Shown piece by piece: positions 56,301 through 64,000 of a stretch of 64,000 bases of DNA. The stretch's first letter is position 1. The number at the start of each line of letters is the position of its first letter. The DNA lies in assembly GCF_009914755.1 (NCBI RefSeq), contig NC_060938.1; one strand, given 5' to 3'. This DNA is from the human T2T-CHM13v2.0 reference genome, Homo sapiens. The position numbers and the translations under genes were made by a program. The notes below the pieces were generated by a model. It worked only from the letters and a program-made list of their open reading frames with translations, had not been told where the DNA came from and did no database searches.

Positions 56301-59300
56301 GAATGCAATGGACCCAAATAAAATGGAAAGGAATGGAACAGAGCAGAGTGGAGTGGAAAGGAGTGGAGTGGAGTGGAATGGAATAGAATGCAAAGGAATG
56401 GAATGTAATGGACTCGAATAGAATGGACTGGAACGGAATGGAGTCGAATGGAATGGACAGGAAAGCAATGGACCTGAATGAAATGGACTCGAATGGAATG
56501 GACTCGAATGAAATGGAATTGAACATAATGAAATGGAATGGAATGGAATGGAATGGAATGGAATGGAATGGAATGGAATGGAATAGAATGTAATCGAATC
56601 AGATGGAATGGAATCAAATGAAATGGAATCAAATGGAATATGATGGAATGGAATGGAATCACAAGGAATGGAATCGAATGGAATGGAATCGAATTGAATG
56701 TGATCGAAAGGAATAGAAACGAATGGAATGGAATTGAATTGAACGGAATTGAATGTCATCAATTGGAAACAAATGGAATACGGTGAAGTGGAGAGGAGTG
56801 GAGTGGAATGGAGTGGAATGGAATGGGGTGGAATGGAATTGAATGGAGTAGAGTGGAGTGGAATGGAGTGGAATTTAATGGAATGGGAAGGAATAGAATT
56901 GAATTCAGTGGAGGGGAGTGGAGTGGAATGGAATGCACTGGAATGGAAAGTTATGGAATCGAAATGAATACAACAAGACAGAATGGAATGGAAAGGAAAC
57001 AAATGGAATGGAATTGAATGGAATGGACTCGAATGGAATAGAATCGAATGGAATGGAAAGGAAAGGAATGGAAAACAATGGAATGGAATGGAATGGATTG
57101 CAATGGAATGGAGTTCAATGGAATGGAATGGAATGGAATTCAATCGAATGGAAAGGAATCGAGTGGAATGGAATGGAATTGAATGTGATGCAATCAAATG
57201 GAATCAAATGGAATGGAACGGACATGAATTGTATGGAATGGACAGGAATGGAATGGAATGGAATGGAATGGAATGGAATGGAATAGAATGCAATCAAAAG
57301 GAATGGAATGGAATGGGATCGAATGGAATGGAATCGAATGGAATGGGATCTAACGGAATGGAATCAAATGGAATGGAATCGAATGGAATGGACAGGAATG
57401 AAACGGAATAAAATGTAAGGGAGGGAGTTGAATGGAATGGAATCGAATGGAATGGAATCGAATGGCATTGAATGGAATCCAATGGAATGCGATGAAGTGG
57501 AGTGCAGTAGAATGCAGTGAAATGGAATGGAGTGAAGTAGAATGGAGTGGAATTGAGTGGAAAGTAATGAAATGAGAAGGAATGGAATTGATCTGAGAGG
57601 AGTGGAGTGGATTGGAGTGGAATGTACTGGAATGGATTGGAGTGGAATGTAATCAAATGGAATGGATAAGAATGGAATGGAATGGAATGGAATGCAGTCA
57701 AAAGGAATGGACTGAAATGGAATGGACTCGAATGGAATTGATACCAATGGAAAGGATTCTATTGGAAAGGAATGGAATGCAACAGAATGGAATGTACTAG
57801 AACGGAATGGAATGGAAAGGAATGGAATGCAATAGAATCTAATGGAATGGAATGGAAATGAATGGAATGGAATTGAATGGAATGGACTCGAATGGAATGG
57901 AGTCGAAAGGAATGGAATGGAATGGAATCAAATGGAACGGAATGGAAAGGAATGGAGTGCAATTGAATCAAAAGGAATGGAATGGAATGGAATGGAATGC
58001 AATGCAATGGAATGCAATGGAATGGAAAGGAATGGAATGGACAGGAATGGAATGGAATGGGATGGAATGGAAATGAAAGGAATCGAATGGAATGAAATGG
58101 AATGGAATTGAATGGAATGGAATCGAATGGAATGGACTGGAATGGAATGAAATCAAACGGAAGGGAATAGAATGGAATGGAATCAAATGGAATGGAATCG
58201 AATGGTATTGAAAGGAATCCAATGGAATGCAGTGAATTGGAGTGGAGTGGAGAGGAATGGAGTGGAGAGGAGTGGAATGGAATGTAATGGAGTGGAAAGG
58301 AATGGAATGGGAATGAATTAAATTGAACTGAGTGGAGTAGAGTGGAGTGGATTGTCCTGGAATGGATTGGACTGGAATTGAATGGAATGGAATCAAATGG
58401 AATGGATTGGAATGGAGCGGAATGGAATGGATAGGAATGGAGTGGAATGGAACGGAATGGAATGGAGTCAAATGGAATGTACTGAAATGGAATGGACTCC
58501 AATGGAATTGACAAGAATGAAACGGACTCTAATTGAATGGAAAGGAATGGAATGCAATGGAATGGAATAGAATGTAGTTGAATGGACTGGACTGAAATGA
58601 AATGGACTCGAATGGGATTGACTCAAATGGAACGGACTCGAATGGAATGGAATGGAATGGAATAGGTTGGAATGGAATGGAATGGACTCGAATGGAATGG
58701 ACTTCTATGAAATGGAGTGGAATGGAATGGACTCGAATGGAATGGATTCAAAAGGAATGGAATCGAATGGAATGGAATCTAATGGAATGGAATCGTGTAG
58801 AATTGATTCAAATGGAATGGACTTGAATGGAATGGATTCAAAAGGCATGGAATGGAATGGAATGGAATGAAATGGAATGGAGTCTAATCAAATGGAATAT
58901 AATGGCATTGAATAGAATGAAATGGACTACGGAGAAGTGGAGGGGAGAGGAGTGGAATGGAGTGGAATGGAATGGAGTGGAGTGGAATTGAATGGAGTGT
59001 AGTGGAGTGGAGTGGAATGGAGTGAAATGGAAAGGAATGGGAAGGAATGGAACAGAACGGAGTGGAGTGGAATGGAGCTGAGTGGAATGGACTGGAATGG
59101 AATGTCCTGGAATGGAATCGAATGGAGTAGAATGGAATAGAACAGAAACTAATAGAATTCGGTGAAGTGGAGTGGAGTGTAATTGAGTGGAATGGAATGG
59201 GGTTGAATGGCATAGAATGGAGTGGAGTGGAGAATAGATTGGAATGGAATGGAATGAGAAGGAATGGAATTGAACACAGTGGAGTGGATTGGACTGCAGT

Positions 59301-62300
59301 GGGCTGAAATGTAATGGAATGGAATGGAATGGAGTGGAGAGGAGTGCAGTGATGAGGAGTGGAACTGAATGCAATGGAATGGAATGGAATGGAATCCAAA
59401 GAAATGGAATGGAGTTGAATGGAATAGACTAGAATGCAATGGACTCAAATGGAACAGACTGAAATTGAATGGACACGAATGGAATGGAATCGAATATAGT
59501 GGAATGGAATGGAATGAAATGGACTAGAAGGGAATAGACTTGAATAGAATTGACCGGAATGGAATGGACTCGAATGGAATGGAATGGAATGGAATGGAAT
59601 GGAATGGAATCGAATGGAATGGAATGGAAACAAATGCACTCTAAGGCAATGGACTCGAATGGATTGGACTGGAATGGAATGGACTCGAATTGAATGGACT
59701 CAAATGGCATTGAAAGGAATCGAAATGAATACGGTAAAGAGGAGTGGAGTGGAGTGGAATGGAGTGGAATGGAATAGGGTAGAATGGAATTGAGTGGAAT
59801 TTAGTGGAGTGGAGTAGAATGGAGTGGAATGGAATGGAATGGGAAGGAATGGAATTGAACGGAGTGGATTGGAGTGGAGAAGAATGGAATTCAATGGAAT
59901 GGAACTGAATGGATTGGAATGCAATGGTGTAAAATGGAGTGGAAAGGATTGGAATGGAATGGACTGGATTGGGGTAAGATGGAGTGGAGTCGAGTGGAAT
60001 TTAATCTAATGAAATGGAATGGAATTTAAAGGAGAGGATTGGAGTTGAAAGGAGTGGAGAGGAGAGGAATGGAAAAAAATGCAATGGAATTAAATGTCAT
60101 GGACTCGAATAGAATGGACTGGAATGGAATGGAGTCGAATAGAATGGACTGTAATGGAATGGACTTGAATGGAATGGAATCGAATGAAATGGAATCGAAT
60201 GGAATGAAATCTAATGGAATTGAATTGAATTGAATTGAATCGAATAGAATAGAATGGAATCGAATGGTATGGAATCGAAAGGAATGGATTCGAATGGAAT
60301 GGAATCAAATGAATGGAATCGAATCGAATAGAATCCAATGGCATTGAAAATAATCAAATGGAATGCGGATAAGTGGCGTGGAGTGGAATGGAGTGGAATG
60401 GAATGGAAAGGGAAGGAATGGCACTGAACAGAGTGGAGTGGAAGGGAGTGGAGTGGAATGGACAGGAGTGGATTGACACCGAATGGAATGGAATGGCCTC
60501 GAATGGAATGGAATTGAATAGAGTAGAATGGAAACGAATGGAATTGAATGGAATTTGGTGGAGTGGAATGGAGTGGAATACACTGGAATGGAATGGGGAG
60601 GAATGGAATAGAATGGAGTGTAGTGGAGTGGAAGGGAATGGAGTGGAATGGAATGGAGTGAGAAGGAATGGAATTGATCAGACTGGATTGGAGAGGAATG
60701 GATAGGAATACAATGGAATGAAATGGAATGGAGTGCAGAGGAGTGCAGTGATGTGGAGAGGAATTGAATTCAATGGAATGGAATGGAATGGAATGGCACA
60801 GACTCGAATGGAACGGAATAGAATAAATGCACTCGAATGGAATGGACTGGAATGGAATAGACTAGAATGGAACGGAATTGAATATAATCGAATGAAATGA
60901 AATGAAATGAAACGAAATGGGATCGAATGGAATGGACTCGATTAGAATGAACCAGAATGGCATGGACACGAATGGAATGTAATCGAATGGAGTGGAATCA
61001 AATTAAATGGAATGGAATTAAATGGACTCGAATGGAATGCAGGTGAATAGAATGGACTGGAGTAGAATGGACTCGAATGGAATAAAATCGAATGGCAGCG
61101 AATAGAATGGAATGGAATGTGGTGAAGTGGAGTGGTGTGGAGCAGAATGGAGTGGAATTGAATGGAGTCAAATAGAATTAAATAGAAATTACTGGAGTGG
61201 AGTGGAATGGAGTGGAATTGAAATGCAATGAGAAGGAATGGAACTGAACGGGTTGTAGCGGAGTGGAGTGGAGTGGAATGCACTGGAATGGAATGGACTA
61301 GAATGGAATGGAATGGAATGGAATGGACTTGAATGGAATGGACTCAAATGGAATGGAATCGAATGGAATAAAATCGAATGGAATGGAGTGGAATGGAATC
61401 GAATGGAATCAAATGGCATGCGGTGAAGTGGAATGGACCAAAGTGGAATGGAGTGGAAAGGAATAGGGTGGAATGGAAGTAATTGGAGTGTACTCGATTG
61501 GAATGAAATGGAATGGAATGGAATGCAATCAAAGGGAATGGAATGGAATGGAATACATTAGAATCAAACTAATGGAATGGAATTGAATGGAATGGATTCG
61601 AATGGAAAGGAATCAAATGGAACGGGAAGCAATGGAATGGACACGAAATGAATGGAAAGAAATGGAATGTATTGCAATGGAATCGAGTGTAATGGAATGG
61701 AATTGAATGGAACGGAATGGAATGGAATGGAATCGAATGGAATGGAACGGAATTGAATGGAAGGGAATGGAATGGAATGAAATGGAATGGAATGAAATGG
61801 AACGAAATAGAAACGAATGGAATGGAATGGAATGAAAGGAATGGAATGGAATGGAATTTAATGGAATGGAGTGAAATGGAGTGGATAGGAGTGGAACGGA
61901 ATGGAGTGGAGTGGGATGTTATGGAGTGGATTGGAGTGGAACGGAATGGAATGGAATGGAATGGAATGGAATGGAATGGAATAGACTATAATGGAATGGA
62001 ATAGAATGGAATGTACTCGAACATAATGGAAAAGAATGGAATGTAATGCAATAGAATCAAATGGAATGCAAGGGAAACGAATGGCATGGAATCGAACGGA
62101 ATGGACGCGAATGGATTGGAATCAAATTGAATGGGAAGGAATGGAATGGAATGGAATTGAATGGAATCGAACGGAATGGATTTGAATGGAATGGAATGTA
62201 ATCGAATGCAATTTAATGGAATGGAATTGAATGGAATTGAATGGATGGAATGGAATGAAGTGGAAAGGAATGGAATGGAATGGGATGGAATGGAATGGAA

Positions 62301-64000
62301 TGCAATCAAAAGGAATATAATCGAAAGGAATGGAATCAAATGGCATCAAATGAAATCAAATGGAATGTGGTGAAGTGGAGTGGAGTGGAATGGAATGGAA
62401 AGAAATGGAGTGGAATGTAAATGAATGAAGTGTAGTGGACTGGATTGGAATGGAGTGGAATGGAATGGAATGGAATGGGAAGAAATGGAATTGAACGGAG
62501 TGGAGTGGAGTGGAATGGACTGGAATGGAATAGAATGAACTCGAATGGAATGTACTCGAAAGGTATGGAATCAAATGTAATGGAATCGAATGGAATGTTA
62601 TTGAATGGAATGGAATGGAACGGAATGGAATGGACTCGAACAGAATGGAATGGAATGTAATGTACTTGAATGGAATTGACTCAAAAGGAATGGACTCGAA
62701 TGGAATGGAATGGAATGGACTGGAATGGAATGGACTCGAAAAGAATGGACTGGAATGCAATGTAATCGAATGGAATTGACTCAAAAGGCATGGACTGGAA
62801 TGGAATGGAATGGAATGGAATGAACTCGAATGGAAGGGACTCTAATAGAATGGACTGGAATGGAATGGACTCGAATAGAATGGAAACGAAAGGAGTGGAA
62901 TCGAACTGAACTGACGGGAATGGAATGGAATCGAAAGGAATGGAATCGAATGGCCTGGAATCGAATTGAAGGGACGGGAATGGAATGGAATAGAAAGAAA
63001 TGGAATCGAATGGAATGGAATCGAAATGAATGGAAACAAATCACATCAAATAGAATCAAATGGAACGCGGAGAAGTGGAGTAGAGTGGAGTGGAGTGGAA
63101 TGGAATGGGGTGGAATGGAATTGAATGGAGTGTAGTGGAGTGGAGTGGAATGTAGCGAAATGTAAAGGAATGGGAAGGAATGGCATTGAACGGAATGTAG
63201 TGGAGTGAAATGGAGTTGACTGCAGGGTAGTGGAGTGGAGTGGATTGGAATAGAATGCACTGGAGTGGAAAGGAATTGAATGGAATGCAATGGAAGTGAA
63301 TGGAATGGACTCATAAGGAATGGAATCAAATGGAGTGGAATCAAATGGCATCAAATGGAAGTGAATGGAATGCTGTCAAGTAGAGTAGGGTGGAATGGAA
63401 CGGAGAGGAATTTAATGGGGTGGAATGGAATTGAATGGAGTGGAGTGGAGTGAAATGGAGTGGAATGGAGAGGAGTGGAGTGGAGTGGAGTGGAATCGAG
63501 TGGAATGGAATATAATAAAGTGGAGTGGAATGGAGTTTAAAACAGGAGTGTTTGGAGTGGAGTGGAAAGGAGTGGAGTGGAGTGAAATGGAGTGGACTGG
63601 AGTGGAATGCAATGGAGTGGATTTTAATGGAATAAAGTGGAGTGGACTGGAGTGGAGTGGAGTGAAAGATGCGGATTGGAATGGCATGGTGTGGAGTGGA
63701 GTTGATTTGAGTGGAGTGGAATGGAATGGATTGGAATGTAGTGGACTGGAGTGGAATGGAGTGGAGTGGAGTGAAATGGAATCTACTGAATTGGAGTAGA
63801 GTGGAGTGGAATGAAGTGGAACGGAGTGGATTGGAGTGGAATGGAGTGGATTTGAGTGAAGTGGAATGGATTGGAATATAGCGGAGTAGAGTGGAATGGA
63901 ATGGAGTGGAGTGGAGTGGAGAGGAGTGGAGTTCAATGGAGTGGATTCTAGTGCAGTGGAGTGGATTGGAATGGATTGGAGTGGAATGCTATGGAAAGTA
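26304..64000 (+). repeat. Human Satellite 3 (HSat3/SatIII) array, divergent (GGAAT)n with abundant GGAGT, CGAAT, TGAAT and GGACT variants; runs off the window end
   Basis: Continuous pentamer tandem repeat over ~37.7 kb with the G-rich strand on + throughout and no orientation switch seen. Lacks the GATGAT-type motifs of HSat2. Confidence 0.97.
55731..55790 (+). mobile_element. Alu 3'-terminal fragment (~60 bp) embedded in HSat3
   Basis: GTGAGCTAAGATTGTGCCACTGCACTCCAGTCTGGGTGACAGAGTGAGATCC corresponds to the end of the Alu right arm. Confidence 0.92.

Noticed and set aside
26236-63936. Hundreds of ORFs up to 629 aa (HSIPF / MEWNG repeats), e.g. 35438-37327
   Set aside because: (CATTC)n and (GGAAT)n contain no stop codons in pure form, so long ORFs appear in all frames. 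They are translations of satellite, not genes.
26304-64000. CRISPR-like repeat/spacer or coded-array interpretation of the modular satellite
   Set aside because: The intervening segments are themselves pentamer variants, there are no unique spacers or associated genes, and the DNA is primate.
26304-64000. Canonical heat-shock elements or G-quadruplex clusters
   Set aside because: GAA units are mostly head-to-tail rather than alternating nGAAnnTTCn, and runs of three or more G are sparse. I could not identify convincing instances by eye.

Overview
This is human/great-ape non-coding DNA spanning a sharp junction between dispersed-repeat sequence and satellite. Bases 1-~26,300 are very AT-rich and contain six near-full-length Alus (one AluYd-type), old L1M, L2 and MIR fragments, and three probable ERV LTRs. 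Bases ~26,304-64,000 are a divergent, GGAGT-rich Human Satellite 3 (GGAAT)n array with one embedded ~60-bp Alu remnant. No protein-coding or RNA gene is supported; the listed ORFs are satellite, Alu or chance artefacts. I found no convincing new gene system. The most unusual signals are structural: (1) a multi-segment, locally templated insertion inside an old L1 at 20.75-21.35 kb; (2) a near-perfect 74-bp-arm inverted repeat at 23.15-23.34 kb; (3) hidden kb-scale higher-order repeats in the satellite; (4) an Alu 3' end whose tail grades into the satellite. Repeat-family names come from recalled consensus motifs, not a database search, and boundaries of old repeats are approximate.
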